Assembly (NCBI GenBank): GCA_043797085.1
Contig: JAZDQA010000007.1
Span: 1-64,000 of the forward strand
Source of the DNA: Pseudomonadota bacterium
Lineage (GTDB): Bacteria; Campylobacterota; Campylobacteria; Campylobacterales; Sulfurimonadaceae
Reading direction: 5' to 3'
Length of the DNA stretch: 64,000 bases
In this document: piece by piece, positions 1 to 10,927 of the stretch
Position numbering within the stretch: the first letter of the stretch is position 1
How the letters are laid out: every line of letters starts with the position of its first letter
The notes under the pieces: model-generated
Told to the model about the DNA's origin: nothing
Database searches by the model: none
Seen by the model: only the letters and a program-made list of their open reading frames with translations
Program-made: the position numbers and the translations under genes

Positions 1-153
1 ATAGATGATATTCCACCACGAGTAAAAAAATAAAGATGCAAATACGAGCCATGCTTTGGAAGCTTGTGTTAGCCGTTTCTTATTCAGCCAAAAATAGACA
101 AAAAAAGTTATTGGTAAAAAGAAAAAAATGAACTCGTAACTATTAAAGAGCAT
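1..153 (-). CDS. MBOAT family O-acyltransferase (AlgI/DltB-like), N-terminal part only; gene runs off the window
   Basis: Manual translation from ATG at 153 gives MLFNSYEFIFFFLPITFFVYFWLNKKRLTQASKAWLVFASLFFYSWWNIIY, the typical AlgI-like N-terminus (MLFNS..F..FLP; ASLFFY.WW). Not in the ORF track. Confidence 0.85.
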   Translation of the reverse strand, partial: MLFNSYEFIFFFLPITFFVYFWLNKKRLTQASKAWLVFASLFFYSWWNIIY

Positions 154-182
154 TTACAATCCAAATATCAACTACTATTTCT

Positions 183-1016
183 TTAGTCATGCTTAATTAT
201 TCCATTTTTACAAAAATAAGTATTTTGCGCACGATGCTTTTCCATTATCGCTTTGTTCACATCACCTTCGATGGCACTAAAACGTTTAGGATGGTACAAG
301 TGAATGATGTTGGCATTATTTCGGCATGATTTAAGCTCAATTCCAATTCCCCGAAAACGCCAGCTAGGATCGACATCTTCTCCTTCAGCAGGTAGGCGAT
401 ATGTTTCGTCAAAGCCGTTGATTTTTAAAAAATCGTCTTTATAGCATGACCAATTACATCCAATGATGTGACGAACATAGCGTTTATGGATTTGACGGCT
501 GATTATGGAATGGGATTTAAAGCTAAAACCATCTTCCGGATGACGTGCATTATCGGCAATCATAGACGGTAGATACCAAAGAAACTTTTTTTCGATATCA
601 CGGATGGTGAGTTCATGTCGTTTCACTCGTTCTGTATATTTGGGTCCCAACTCGAATCGTTTACCGCATAGGATGATCTCTTTTTGGGCATTTTCGACAT
701 GTGCCTGAATAAAAGTGCTGTAGGGAACGCAGTCTCCATCGATGAAAATAAGGTATTCATTAGTTGAAGTTTGGATTGCGTTGTTCATCGCTTTATTTTT
801 CCACCATCCATCATCTTCTTGGGTAAGATGAATGAGATTAGGAAGACGCTCTTTTTGGGTAGCGATAAATTCTCGCATCTCAGATGAATCGCCGTCTTCG
901 GAGACGATGATCTCATCAGCTGGGAGTGTTTGATACTTAAGACTCTCCAAGATAAATCCAAGTGCTTCGGTATCTTTGTAGACGGAGATAATGATAGAGG
1001 TTTTAGGATAAGGCAT
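183..1016 (-). CDS. Glycosyltransferase family 2
   Basis: SIIISVY start, EDGDS, FIDGDC (DxD) and NGFDE..GEDVD motifs; LPS cluster context. Confidence 0.9.
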   Translation of the reverse strand: MPYPKTSIIISVYKDTEALGFILESLKYQTLPADEIIVSEDGDSSEMREFIATQKERLPNLIHLTQEDDGWWKNKAMNNAIQTSTNEYLIFIDGDCVPYSTFIQAHVENAQKEIILCGKRFELGPKYTERVKRHELTIRDIEKKFLWYLPSMIADNARHPEDGFSFKSHSIISRQIHKRYVRHIIGCNWSCYKDDFLKINGFDETYRLPAEGEDVDPSWRFRGIGIELKSCRNNANIIHLYHPKRFSAIEGDVNKAIMEKHRAQNTYFCKNGIIKHD

Positions 1017-1048
1017 TAGATATATCTCCGGAATATGATGAATGTATT

Positions 1049-2068
1049 TTATACTATACTAGCTGATTTTAGCGATGTTAAAACCATTTCAGGGGTAATT
1101 TGTGTCATGCAAATATTATCCTTACATTTCTTCATTACTTTCGTTTTATAGCACGGAGAGCAGGGAAGATTTACTGTTAGGATATGAACCTGATTGGTCT
1201 GAGATTGGTACGGACCTGTTACATTTGCTGGAGTCGGTCCAATAAGACAAAAAACAGGGGTATTTAGTGCAGAAGCAATATGTGCAGTTCCTGTATCGGT
1301 TACTATGAGGGCTTTTGCCTGATCGATGATAGCAATCATTTCGGAGATGGATGTTTTACCGACAAGATCAATAACATTTTCTGGATATGGCTTGATCGCT
1401 TCAAAAAACGCTTCTTCCCCTTTTCCTCCAACCATGATAATTGGTAATTGTGGTGGCAGTAAGGCAATTAAGTTTTTCCAGTGATTCTGAGGCCATGCAC
1501 GATAATTGACCCTGCTTTTTTTATTATGAGAATTGCTGGGGCTAAGGACTAAGAACTTTTCAGGCAGATTGAGTTTGTTTTGTACTTCACTAAAAGGTTT
1601 ACCCATAATTCGCGGAGATGCATTTCGAAGTATTTCTGATGCAATGATCGGCGCATAAAAAGATTTACAAATATCAACCATATGGGTGACATTAGAAAAA
1701 TCTGGATCACTGAAAAACCATCCGGTTTTGTGTTTTGCTTTGATAGCTTGGGAGAGAGATAAAAATTGTTTGCCCATTTCGAAATTGATAAATAAGTCAT
1801 AAGGCTTTTGTTCGGATGAACGAATAATGGCACGCTTTTGCGGACTAAGCCAAATGGGGAGTTTTTTGTGTTTAAGATGAAATATCTGATTCACGTGAGG
1901 GTCAAATTCAAAGAGTTTAGCCGTTCCGGGAGTCGTGATAAAATCGATGATAATATCTTTTCCATATTGGGCTCTGAGTGCATCAATTGCACTGGTTGCA
2001 TAGACAAGATCGCCTAATGCTCCGCAGCGTAATATCAGGGCTCGTTTAACGTCTTTTAATGTTGGCAT
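1049..2068 (-). CDS. Glycosyltransferase family 9 (LPS heptosyltransferase-like)
   Basis: ALGDLV, RAWP, DLVGKTS, DTGTAHIA and CSPC...C...C motifs. Confidence 0.9.
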   Translation of the reverse strand: MPTLKDVKRALILRCGALGDLVYATSAIDALRAQYGKDIIIDFITTPGTAKLFEFDPHVNQIFHLKHKKLPIWLSPQKRAIIRSSEQKPYDLFINFEMGKQFLSLSQAIKAKHKTGWFFSDPDFSNVTHMVDICKSFYAPIIASEILRNASPRIMGKPFSEVQNKLNLPEKFLVLSPSNSHNKKSRVNYRAWPQNHWKNLIALLPPQLPIIMVGGKGEEAFFEAIKPYPENVIDLVGKTSISEMIAIIDQAKALIVTDTGTAHIASALNTPVFCLIGPTPANVTGPYQSQTNQVHILTVNLPCSPCYKTKVMKKCKDNICMTQITPEMVLTSLKSASIV

Positions 2069-2070
2069 AT

Positions 2071-3111
2071 TTAAATATTTTGGCTATATTTTTTCAAATA
2101 CCACTCGATAGTCTTCACAATCCCAGTATCAAAGTTCTCATCGGCTTTCCAGCCCAGTTCATTTTCCAGTTTGGTAGCATCGATAGCATAACGACGATCG
2201 TGTCCTGCACGGTCTTCGACATAGGTGATGAGTTCTTTATAAGACGAAGTAAATCCTGAATCAAGTTCAGGATGACGAGGCGCCATTTCATCTAAAAGAG
2301 TACAGATACGTTCAACAATTTGATTGTTATTACGCTCATTGCGTCCGCCGATGTTGTAGACTTCACCTGATCTTCCATTGTTATAAACGAGATCGATCCC
2401 TTTACAGTGGTCTAATACATAGAGCCAGTCACGGATGTTTTTACCATCACCGTAGACAGGGATGTTCTCTCCGGCAAGTGCTTTTCGTATAACGGTTGGG
2501 ATTAGTTTTTCGTTATGCTGTTTTGGTCCGTAGTTGTTAGAGCAGTTGGTGATAACAGTGTTCATCCCGTAAGTATGGTGGTATGAGCGCACGATCATAT
2601 CGCTTCCTGCTTTGGATGCACTGTAAGGGCTGTTAGGGGCGTAGGATGTTTCTTCTGTAAAGAGTCCTGTTTCTCCTAGCGTTCCGTACACTTCATCGGT
2701 GCTGATATGGTGAAATCTACATTCCTCATAGCCTGCTTTGTAAACGAATGGTTTTTCCATCCATGCCTTGTAAGCAACATCGATGAGGATAAAGCTTCCG
2801 TTGACGTTAGTTTGGACAAACACTCCTGGATTTTTAATGCTGTTATCGACGTGAGATTCAGCCGCGAAGTGAATTACCCCTTGAATATCGTACTGTGTAA
2901 ATAATGACTCAACAAGAGGACGGTCACAAATGTCTCCTTGGACAAAGATATGATGATCGTTTTGCGGTGCATCGGAGAGATTTGCCATGTCACCTGCATA
3001 GGTAAGGAGATCAAGATTGATCAGACGAACATCTGGATATTTGTCTAAAAAGTAAGGGACGAAGTTGCTTCCGATAAATCCGGCGCATCCGGTGACTAAA
3101 ATGGTTTTCAT
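2071..3111 (-). CDS. rfbB: dTDP-glucose 4,6-dehydratase
   Basis: TGCAGFIG, HFAAESHVD, STDEVYG, YSASK, DRAGHDRRY; start moved to MKTIL (3111). Confidence 0.97.
   Translation of the reverse strand: MKTILVTGCAGFIGSNFVPYFLDKYPDVRLINLDLLTYAGDMANLSDAPQNDHHIFVQGDICDRPLVESLFTQYDIQGVIHFAAESHVDNSIKNPGVFVQTNVNGSFILIDVAYKAWMEKPFVYKAGYEECRFHHISTDEVYGTLGETGLFTEETSYAPNSPYSASKAGSDMIVRSYHHTYGMNTVITNCSNNYGPKQHNEKLIPTVIRKALAGENIPVYGDGKNIRDWLYVLDHCKGIDLVYNNGRSGEVYNIGGRNERNNNQIVERICTLLDEMAPRHPELDSGFTSSYKELITYVEDRAGHDRRYAIDATKLENELGWKADENFDTGIVKTIEWYLKKYSQNI
2253..2277 (-). repeat. CGTC-type REP-like palindrome inside rfbB
   Basis: Minus strand reads CGTC-ATCCTGAA-CTTGA-TTCAGGAT and encodes RHPELDSG. Confidence 0.7.
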
Positions 3112-3977
3112 ATTGTTTCTCCTAATTCTTTTAAACACTCTTTGAGCGCATCTCTCCAATAAGGGATAGTGATTTCAAAGTCGTTTTTTATTTTTGCTTT
3201 GTTAAGCAGGCTGTAATGAGGTCGTTTTGCTGGGGTTGGGTATTGATCGGTGGTGATGGGATTTAGATGGCATTTGACATTGGAGAGTTCGAATATGGCA
3301 TGAGCAAAATCATACCAGCTGATGGCACCTTCGTTGCTGTAGTGATAAATCTCAGGCGTTGTATTGTTGATTTTCGGGAGAATATCTAATATCGCTTTGG
3401 CTAAAGTGCGTGCGTAGGTCGGAGTTCCGACCTGATCGAAAATTACCCCTAATGAATCTCGTTCTTTACCTAATCGAAGCATGGTTTTTACAAAGTTAGT
3501 TCCAAATGTAGAATAGACCCAAGACGTACGAATGATGAGTGTGTTTTTGGGTGCAACGTCTAAAATGGCATTCTCTCCATCCCGTTTGGTTCGTCCGTAC
3601 ACCCCTTGCGGATCGGTGGGATCGGTTTCGATGTAAGGACGGTGGTTTTTGCCGTCAAAGACATAATCGGTTGACACGTGAATGAGTGCAATATCTTTCT
3701 TTTTGGCAATTTTTGCGAGCAAGGATACGGTACGATGGTTTATTGTGTTGGCAATCTCTTCATCGGATTCGGCACGATCCACAGCGGTGTAAGCGGCACA
3801 GTTGATGATAGCATCAAATGTTTTATCCTCAAAATAATCTTCCAGTTTGCAAAGATTAGCTAGATCCAGTGTGTTACGATCGGCAAAGGTAAAATCGTGC
3901 TGGGGATAAAAGCTGCTTAGTGCATAAAGTTCACTTCCAAGCTGTCCGTTGGCTCCTGTCACTAGTACGTTAGGCAT
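3108..3977 (-). CDS. rfbD: dTDP-4-dehydrorhamnose reductase
   Basis: TGANGQLG, AAYTAVD, STDYVFDG, YGRTK; start moved to MPNVLV (3977). Confidence 0.96.
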   Translation of the reverse strand: MPNVLVTGANGQLGSELYALSSFYPQHDFTFADRNTLDLANLCKLEDYFEDKTFDAIINCAAYTAVDRAESDEEIANTINHRTVSLLAKIAKKKDIALIHVSTDYVFDGKNHRPYIETDPTDPQGVYGRTKRDGENAILDVAPKNTLIIRTSWVYSTFGTNFVKTMLRLGKERDSLGVIFDQVGTPTYARTLAKAILDILPKINNTTPEIYHYSNEGAISWYDFAHAIFELSNVKCHLNPITTDQYPTPAKRPHYSLLNKAKIKNDFEITIPYWRDALKECLKELGETI

Positions 3978-4542
3978 ACAAGTTGTCCCCATACATGAAG
4001 TGATCAGCATCGGCGAACAATGGCTGCTTGATATCTTTATCTGAAAGTTGAAGCTTCTCACTTGGAATAACCCAGTCAATATTTAAAGCAGGATCATCAA
4101 ACGCCATACCGCGATCACATTCGATACTGTAATAGTTATCGACTTTGTACGCGAAGGTACACGTTTCACTCAACACTAAAAATCCATGAGCAAAGCCGCG
4201 AGGAATAAGTATCTGGCGTTTGTTCTCACCCGAAAGACGAACCGCAACGTGCTGACCGAATGAGGGTGAACCCTCACGTATATCGACAGCAACATCAAGC
4301 ACTTCACCCTCTATAACACGTACGAGTTTGGTTTGTGCATGGGGAGGAAGCTGATAGTGTAATCCGCGTAACACCCCATACGAGCTTTTAGACTCATTAT
4401 CTTGGCAAAAAGGGATGTGAACCCCCAAAAAAGCTTCAAGTTTATCCGCACGAAATGTTTCGACAAAGTAGCCGCGTGCATCGCCATGCACTTTGGGATC
4501 AATGATGATAACATCAGGGATAACCGTGCGGGTAAATGTCAT
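3970..4542 (-). CDS. rfbC: dTDP-4-dehydrorhamnose 3,5-epimerase
   Basis: DARGYF, LRGLHYQ, GFAHGF. Confidence 0.96.
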   Translation of the reverse strand: MTFTRTVIPDVIIIDPKVHGDARGYFVETFRADKLEAFLGVHIPFCQDNESKSSYGVLRGLHYQLPPHAQTKLVRVIEGEVLDVAVDIREGSPSFGQHVAVRLSGENKRQILIPRGFAHGFLVLSETCTFAYKVDNYYSIECDRGMAFDDPALNIDWVIPSEKLQLSDKDIKQPLFADADHFMYGDNLYA

Positions 4543-5429
4543 TCTCCTATTTTCCCTTCATTGGCTCTACGGATCAAATATTGACCATATTGGTTTTTAG
4601 AGAGAGGTTTCGCTAATTCTAAAAGTTTTTCTTTGCTAATATAGCCCATTTCAAAAGCGATCTCTTCGAGACAGGCGACTTTTAGCCCTTGGCGGTTTTC
4701 GATGGTTTGGATGAACATGCTGGCTTCTAGCAAACTTTCATGGGTTCCCGTATCTAACCATGCAAACCCGCGCCCCATGAGCTCTACTTTGAGAGCATTT
4801 TGAGCTAAATATGCTTGATTGACCGTAGTGATTTCAAGTTCGCCACGATCTGAGGGTTTAATATTCTTGGCAATTTCGACAACACTGTTGGGATAAAAAT
4901 ACAACCCGATAACGGCATATGAGCTTTTAGGTTTTGCGGGTTTTTCTTCGATGGAGAGAACATTTCCACTTTTATCAAACTCAGCAACCCCGTAGCGTTC
5001 CGGATCTTTGACCCAATAGCCAAATACGGTTGCTTTTTTCTCTTCGGTGACATTGCGTACCGATTGTGCCAGTAATTTGGTTAGACCATGACCGTGGAAG
5101 ATATTGTCGCCTAGTACCAAACACACATCATCATTTCCGATAAAATCAGCACCCAAGATAAACGCCTGTGCCAAACCATCGGGGGAAGGCTGAATACAAT
5201 ATTCAAAACGCATCCCGATGTCACTGCCATCCCCTAGGAGTTCTTCAAAGCGTGGTAAATCAGTAGGGGTAGAGATAATAAGAACTTCCGTAATTCCTGC
5301 GAGCATCAATACGGATAGAGGATAGTACACCATCGGTTTATCATAGATGGGAACAAGCTGTTTACTCACCCCTTTGGTGATAGGGTAGAGGCGTGTTCCG
5401 CTTCCGCCGGCTAAAATTATCCCCTTCAT
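4539..5429 (-). CDS. rfbA: Glucose-1-phosphate thymidylyltransferase
   Basis: [34 protein letters not shown]. Confidence 0.97.
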   Translation of the reverse strand: MKGIILAGGSGTRLYPITKGVSKQLVPIYDKPMVYYPLSVLMLAGITEVLIISTPTDLPRFEELLGDGSDIGMRFEYCIQPSPDGLAQAFILGADFIGNDDVCLVLGDNIFHGHGLTKLLAQSVRNVTEEKKATVFGYWVKDPERYGVAEFDKSGNVLSIEEKPAKPKSSYAVIGLYFYPNSVVEIAKNIKPSDRGELEITTVNQAYLAQNALKVELMGRGFAWLDTGTHESLLEASMFIQTIENRQGLKVACLEEIAFEMGYISKEKLLELAKPLSKNQYGQYLIRRANEGKIGE

Positions 5430-5563
5430 GGTGCTCCTAAAATTGTTTTTGATAGTGATATTGTAATGGTTTTTTACTTAGAATAGCGGATGAATGTATA
5501 AAAATTATATTTAGGATGACTGAATGTATGATTATTGAAATATTGAGAAGGATTTTTTAAAAG

Positions 5564-5638
5564 TGGCTCCGGATACTGGATTCGAACCAGTGACCAAGTG
5601 ATTAACAGTCACCTACTCTACCGCTGAGCTAATCCGGA
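5564..5638 (-). tRNA. tRNA-Asn(GTT)
   Basis: TCCGGATTAGCTCAGCGGTAGAGTAGGTGACT-GTT-AATCACTTGGTCACTGGTTCGAATCCAGTATCCGGAGCCA folds as a cloverleaf with encoded CCA. Confidence 0.96.
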
Positions 5639-5673
5639 ATGTTTAAGAGGTCGTAATTATAGTGAGCTTTGTC

Positions 5674-6633
5674 TTAATTGTCAAGATTTTTGAGAGATTT
5701 TCGTCGTTTTCTTTCACTATTTTCTAATGGGAGGTAAAAAATGATATTTGAGCGTTCAATTTGGGTTATTTTTCCTTCATTTAGAAGGATATGGAACTGT
5801 TTTTTGGATTCTTCGTCGAAAAGTGCGTTGATGTCATCGTCGGTAAGAGGACGTTTATCGAGAGTTGTGAGTATTTCATTTGGGGAATAATGTGAAGGTG
5901 TCGCGGTTGCATGGGTACGTGAAACGATATGAATAGGCAAGGAAGGGTCGAAATAGTGTGATAGTTCATACAGTTCTTTAAATTCTAACCCTTGTACCGG
6001 ATAAGCAGGCGGTCTGTCGATAGTCCCGATGTCGATACGTTCGCATTGGACGTTTTGCAATGCGGTGTTAAGTGCCATTACTTCTTTGGGTGTGTCGTTA
6101 AGTCCGCGAACGAAGAGAATTTCGATAAAAAGTTTCCCTTTAAAAGTTTGTGAAAAGCGTTGGATGGCTTCAATAATATCAGTAATCTCAATTCCCTCGG
6201 CTGGGCGGTCGATTTTACGAAATATTTCTGGTGTGGCGGTATCGAGGGAGAGTTTGACTTGATTTAGACGTAACAGAGCATTAAAAACGTTTTCATTACT
6301 TAAAGAGGCACTGTTAGAGAGAATGAGGGTTTGGATATTTCCCTTGATAGCATCAATGCGGGTAATGAGCTCATCGAGAAATGGATACATGGTCGGTTCA
6401 CCGTTAGCGGTGAGGGTGATGACATCGATATTGGGGTGGTTTTGAAGTGCTTCTTTTAAATCATAGAGGATTGTTTCTGTACTGGTTACGGTATGTTGTA
6501 CTTTGATGGCTTGCATAGGGGTAAGTTCACAGTAAAGACAATCAAAATTGCATTGCTTAGTAGAAGAAGAGAGATCAATCCCAAGCGACACGCCAAAGCG
6601 ACGTGAATGCACAGGTCCGAAGATGGTACTCAT
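5674..6633 (-). CDS. Radical SAM protein
   Basis: FGPVHSRRFGVSLG, CNFDCLYC (CxxxCxxC), GEPT; start moved to MSTIF (6633). Confidence 0.88.
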   Translation of the reverse strand: MSTIFGPVHSRRFGVSLGIDLSSSTKQCNFDCLYCELTPMQAIKVQHTVTSTETILYDLKEALQNHPNIDVITLTANGEPTMYPFLDELITRIDAIKGNIQTLILSNSASLSNENVFNALLRLNQVKLSLDTATPEIFRKIDRPAEGIEITDIIEAIQRFSQTFKGKLFIEILFVRGLNDTPKEVMALNTALQNVQCERIDIGTIDRPPAYPVQGLEFKELYELSHYFDPSLPIHIVSRTHATATPSHYSPNEILTTLDKRPLTDDDINALFDEESKKQFHILLNEGKITQIERSNIIFYLPLENSERKRRKSLKNLDN

Positions 6634-6634
6634 G

Positions 6635-7675
6635 TTATTTTTTACTGACTCGTTGGCACTCACGGACAAAGTGTTTTGCATTTTCAACAGGGACATCAGG
6701 GAGGATTCCGTGACCTAGGTTAAAGATATGGCGTTTTCCACCCATGATTTCTTGGAGTGCTTCGACGGATGCGGTTGTTTCTTCTTTGGAATACAAACGA
6801 CACGGCTCCATGTTCCCTTGGAGAACATAACGATCACCCAATTTTTCTTTAGCTAATGCCATAGGAGTACTCCAATCGACGCCGAAAACATCGAAATTTC
6901 CATAGACGTGATCTAAAAAGGCAGGGACTCCTTTAGGGAACATAATGACAGGGATATGTGGATATTTGGTTTTAAGATACTCTGCAATCTCAACCATATA
7001 GCTCCATGAAAATTCATCATACTTGCTAGGCTCAATCGCAGCAGCCCAACTGTCGAAGATTTGAACAACATCAATGCCCGATTGGATTTGTTTTTCCATG
7101 TAAAGCTTGACCACTTCGGTCACTTTTTTGAGTATCTTATGAAGAAGTTCTGGGTTGGAATACATCATTTTTTTACAAATATTGTAGGTTTTTGTCCCAT
7201 GCCCTTCGATCATGTAGGTGGCAAGCGTCCATGGTGCACCGGTAAATCCGATTAATGCTTTATCATCACCACGTGCATCCAGCTGTGTACGTAAAAGTTT
7301 AATCGTATCATACACGTAAGTGAGTTTTGAAGCGGCTTCATCTCCACCGATTAGGGTATCTAAATCTTCTTCACAGGTGATCGGTTTTTCAAAAACCGGT
7401 CCTTCTCCATTGATAAAATCGAGTTTCATTCCCATTTCATTAGGTACGACTAAAATATCGCTGAATAAAATGGCGGCATCAACGCCTACGATATCCAGTG
7501 GCTGAATACTAACTTCAGCAGCCATATCGGGAGCATGGCAAAGATTTAAAAAATTTCCGGCACGTTTTCGTACTTCCATGTATTCAGGGAGATAACGTCC
7601 AGCTTGGCGCATCATCCATACGGGGGTATGTGGTGTTTCTTTTCCAAAACATGCATCTACAAAAATTTTACTCAT
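6635..7675 (-). CDS. hemE: Uroporphyrinogen decarboxylase
   Basis: [25 protein letters not shown]. Confidence 0.97.
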   Translation of the reverse strand: MSKIFVDACFGKETPHTPVWMMRQAGRYLPEYMEVRKRAGNFLNLCHAPDMAAEVSIQPLDIVGVDAAILFSDILVVPNEMGMKLDFINGEGPVFEKPITCEEDLDTLIGGDEAASKLTYVYDTIKLLRTQLDARGDDKALIGFTGAPWTLATYMIEGHGTKTYNICKKMMYSNPELLHKILKKVTEVVKLYMEKQIQSGIDVVQIFDSWAAAIEPSKYDEFSWSYMVEIAEYLKTKYPHIPVIMFPKGVPAFLDHVYGNFDVFGVDWSTPMALAKEKLGDRYVLQGNMEPCRLYSKEETTASVEALQEIMGGKRHIFNLGHGILPDVPVENAKHFVRECQRVSKK

Positions 7676-8192
7676 GATGTCCTACTTTACTTAAGAAATA
7701 CAAAGCAATTGCAACTGCCGTGATTGAGAGAGCGAGATAAAGCATATCCAACGCACCAACAAATACCGTATGACCAACTTTTTGAAAAAATCCAACAACC
7801 AAAACCATAACGATAACTTTGGAAATTTTATCTTTGAGCTGATCGAGAGAATGGACTGCTAGAAGTTGATTCTCGTGACCATTCTCATCTTTTGCTGCAT
7901 CAATATCGGAAATAAACAGCTCATATAAACCAAATGAAAAAATAATCATGATGACACCGATAAGATATAGATCGACAGCACCGATGATTCCACCAACAAC
8001 TACTTCATGAAAGCCTTCTGGGTGTGCGTGTGTAGCGTAGGTATTAATGACGTATGCGGCAGTGTTGTAAATATCAAAACTTGCAACAGCAAAAAGTAAC
8101 ACAGCCCCTACAAGACCAAAAATAACTGCCAAAATAATAATGAAGCGTGAACTCCAAAGTCCATGTTCAAATAGTTTTTCGATGAAACCCAT
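7668..8192 (-). CDS. YqhA/UPF0114 family membrane protein
   Basis: Several TM helices; [20 protein letters not shown] motifs; follows asd as in Campylobacter. Confidence 0.8.
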   Translation of the reverse strand: MGFIEKLFEHGLWSSRFIIILAVIFGLVGAVLLFAVASFDIYNTAAYVINTYATHAHPEGFHEVVVGGIIGAVDLYLIGVIMIIFSFGLYELFISDIDAAKDENGHENQLLAVHSLDQLKDKISKVIVMVLVVGFFQKVGHTVFVGALDMLYLALSITAVAIALYFLSKVGHHE

Positions 8193-8193
8193 C

Positions 8194-9222
8194 TTATTCT
8201 CCTTGCATTTCTACCCATTTTTGGGCAATACGTACAGCATTGGTAGCAGCACCTACGCGTAAATTGTCTGCAACAACCCACAAGTGAAGAACATTTTCAC
8301 GATACAAATCGTTACGGATACGCCCTACAAACGTTTCATTTTGATCCATGCACAAAGATGGCATTGGATAGATGCTCTCTTCTGGAGTGTCTAAAATGAT
8401 AATGTTCGGCGCTTTACGTAAAAGTTCACGTGCTTCGTCGGCATTGACTGCACCGTCAAAGGTGAGAGTAAGGGTTTCTGCATGGCCACGTAATGTTGGG
8501 ATACGTACACACGTTGCACTCACTTCGATATCTTTGTGCATAATCTTTTGCGTCTCATTCACCATTTTTAGTTCTTCTTTGGTGTAGCCTGTATCGGTAA
8601 AAGAATCGATTTGAGGAATAGCATTGAGAGCGATGCGATGAGGGAATTTTTTTGGCTGGGTGTCATCAAGTTTGAAAGCGAAAAAGGCTTGCATCTGTTC
8701 AACAAGCTCTTCCATCGCAGATTTGCCTGCACCTGAGGTTGCTTGATAGGTGCTTACATCAATGCGCTGCAAGTCATAGGCATCATCGAGTGGCTTAAGG
8801 GCTTGAACCATTTGGATAGTGGAACAGTTCGGATTGGCAATGATACCGCGATTACGCCATTGAGCGATGTCTTCAGGATTGACTTCAGGGACGACGAGAG
8901 GAACATCTTCAAACATACGAAAGTGACTTGTATTGTCAATGACAACTGCGCCTGCCGCTGCAGCATACGGTGCAAACTCTGCTGAAATGTTTCCACCCGC
9001 ACTAAATAGAGCGATTTCAATGTTTTCTTCATCAAAAATAGTCTTTGTTAGTTCTTGAATGGGTAGTTCTTCATTATTAAAAGTGACAGTTTTCCCAACG
9101 CTTCGTGCACTGGCAAGAGGGACGATTTTTGCGAATGGAAAATCAATCTCCTCAAAAACACGTAAAATTTCTTCACCGACAGCACCGCTGGCACCTACAA
9201 TTGCAACGTTATAAAGTTTCAT
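8194..9222 (-). CDS. asd: Aspartate-semialdehyde dehydrogenase
   Basis: GASGAVG, ANPNCST, YQATSGAG, DNLRVGAATNA. Confidence 0.97.
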   Translation of the reverse strand: MKLYNVAIVGASGAVGEEILRVFEEIDFPFAKIVPLASARSVGKTVTFNNEELPIQELTKTIFDEENIEIALFSAGGNISAEFAPYAAAAGAVVIDNTSHFRMFEDVPLVVPEVNPEDIAQWRNRGIIANPNCSTIQMVQALKPLDDAYDLQRIDVSTYQATSGAGKSAMEELVEQMQAFFAFKLDDTQPKKFPHRIALNAIPQIDSFTDTGYTKEELKMVNETQKIMHKDIEVSATCVRIPTLRGHAETLTLTFDGAVNADEARELLRKAPNIIILDTPEESIYPMPSLCMDQNETFVGRIRNDLYRENVLHLWVVADNLRVGAATNAVRIAQKWVEMQGE

Positions 9223-9297
9223 GGACAATTTCCTAAAAGTGGATAATAATTTTGCGATTATAGCGGATGATGGCTTTTAAGTGATTGAATGTTTTTA

Positions 9298-9350
9298 TCC
9301 CGTTCGCCCTGAGCCTGTCGAAGGGCATGTTCATAGTTCGACCGAACGGA
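9298..9350. repeat. REP-like palindromic element (partial dimer)
   Basis: CCGTTCG...CGAACGG outer stem enclosing CCCTGAGCCTGTCGAAGGG; GC-rich in an AT-rich intergenic region. Confidence 0.6.
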
Positions 9351-9353
9351 GGG

Positions 9354-10508
9354 TTAAATTCTCCCAAACCCACGGGCTTCTAAAAAAAGATCATTCACAC
9401 CGATGCAATCTCCATCGCTGAGTATGGCAGCACGTTCAACTACTGAGATAAGTTCACGGATATTTCCGGGCCAGGTATAGAGCTGTAAGGCAGCTTTCGC
9501 TTCATCGTTAAAGCTTTTCGAGCAAAAATTATATTGGATACAGTTTTGTTCCAATACAGAAGTTGCAATCGAAAGTATTTCTTCACGGCGTTCACGTAAG
9601 GGAGGGATAATCAGAGGGATAGTGTTGAGTCGGTAATAAAGATCTTCTCTAAACTTTCCATCTTGAATATTTTGTTGCAGGTTTGCATTGGTGGCGCAAA
9701 TGATTCGAACATCAATTTTGATACTTTTAGAGGAACCAAGGCGTCTGATTTCACGCTCTTGCAATACTCGTAACAGTTTTGCTTGGAGAGAATAGGGCAT
9801 TTCTGCTATTTCATCCAAAAAGAGGGTCCCTCCGCTGGCAAGCTCGAATTGTCCTATTTTGGTTTCTATGGCATCGGTAAAAGAACCTTTTTCAAATCCA
9901 AAGAGTTCACTTTCAATCAAATTTTCAGGAATAGCAGCCATGTTTATAGCAATAAATGGTTTGTCAAATCGAGATGATTTTTCGTGAATATGACACGCAA
10001 AAACTTCTTTTCCTACACCGCTTTCACCCAGTAACAGTATGCTGGCATCCGTTCGTGCTGCTTTATGGATATAGGAGAGAAGTTTTTCAAGGGCAGGGGA
10101 AGTTCCTAAAAATGAGCCGGATTTCAGTGTACATTTTGGGGCAGTTTTTTTTGCCTTTTTTTGCACCGTAGCGCTTCGTTCGATGGCAGCTACGAGGGTT
10201 TCAATTTCGAAAGGTTTAAGAAGAAAATCTTTGACCCCAAGTTGAATGGATTCTATGGCTTTGGAAAGAGTAGCATTACCCGTAATAAAGATAATTTCAT
10301 ATTTACCAGCTAATGTTTTGGCAAACTCAATGCCATCCATTCCAGGCATGTTGATGTCACTGATGATAAGTTCAAATGATTCATCCAGTTTTTTGAGGGC
10401 GTCTTTGGGATTTTTGAAGGTATGCACTTCGAAATTTGGATAGTCTGACATGGCAATTTCGAGCGATTTACGCATATTAATATCGTCTTCAACGATGGCA
10501 ATTTTCAT
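9354..10508 (-). CDS. flgR: Sigma54-dependent response regulator (FlgR-type, no C-terminal HTH)
   Basis: REC domain (EDD, DINMP, KPF) plus AAA+ domain (GESGVGKE, GSFTDA, FREDLYYRL, WPGNIREL); synteny gyrA-flgP-flgQ-flgR-asd. Confidence 0.85.
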   Translation of the reverse strand: MKIAIVEDDINMRKSLEIAMSDYPNFEVHTFKNPKDALKKLDESFELIISDINMPGMDGIEFAKTLAGKYEIIFITGNATLSKAIESIQLGVKDFLLKPFEIETLVAAIERSATVQKKAKKTAPKCTLKSGSFLGTSPALEKLLSYIHKAARTDASILLLGESGVGKEVFACHIHEKSSRFDKPFIAINMAAIPENLIESELFGFEKGSFTDAIETKIGQFELASGGTLFLDEIAEMPYSLQAKLLRVLQEREIRRLGSSKSIKIDVRIICATNANLQQNIQDGKFREDLYYRLNTIPLIIPPLRERREEILSIATSVLEQNCIQYNFCSKSFNDEAKAALQLYTWPGNIRELISVVERAAILSDGDCIGVNDLFLEARGFGRI

Positions 10509-10522
10509 AGTAGATAAATCCC

Positions 10523-10927
10523 TTATTGTAATAAGGTTATTGTAGCAGTGTCATCATTAAACTCGACTGCATAGCAGTGGGTTGGAAGGGTGAGGGTTTC
10601 GGTGGAGTTTTGAGATTGTATGCCGATATTCTGGTGGCTTTGCAGATGAAGGGTTTGCTGTGTTACGAATGTAAAAAAGTCTTCTTCATTATTTTTAAGA
10701 GTTGTTACTAAAAGATCGTTTAATTGGCGAGGGAGAATGATACTGTTTTTTTTTATCCCAATACAAGGAGTCATAGATTTGGATACAGAAAGTTTTTCAG
10801 TTTGAACCGTAGAGTTTTTGGTCGTGACACGATAGCCGATAAGAAAATCATCTCCTATCAGCGTACACGCACTGATTATTTGGAAAGCTGCGAATAGGAG
10901 AGGACGATTTCGAGTTCGATTTCGCAT
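10523..10927 (-). CDS. Exported hypothetical protein, positional equivalent of FlgQ
   Basis: Signal-like N-terminus and two Cys; lies between the LPP20-type gene and flgR. Confidence 0.55.
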   Translation of the reverse strand: MRNRTRNRPLLFAAFQIISACTLIGDDFLIGYRVTTKNSTVQTEKLSVSKSMTPCIGIKKNSIILPRQLNDLLVTTLKNNEEDFFTFVTQQTLHLQSHQNIGIQSQNSTETLTLPTHCYAVEFNDDTATITLLQ

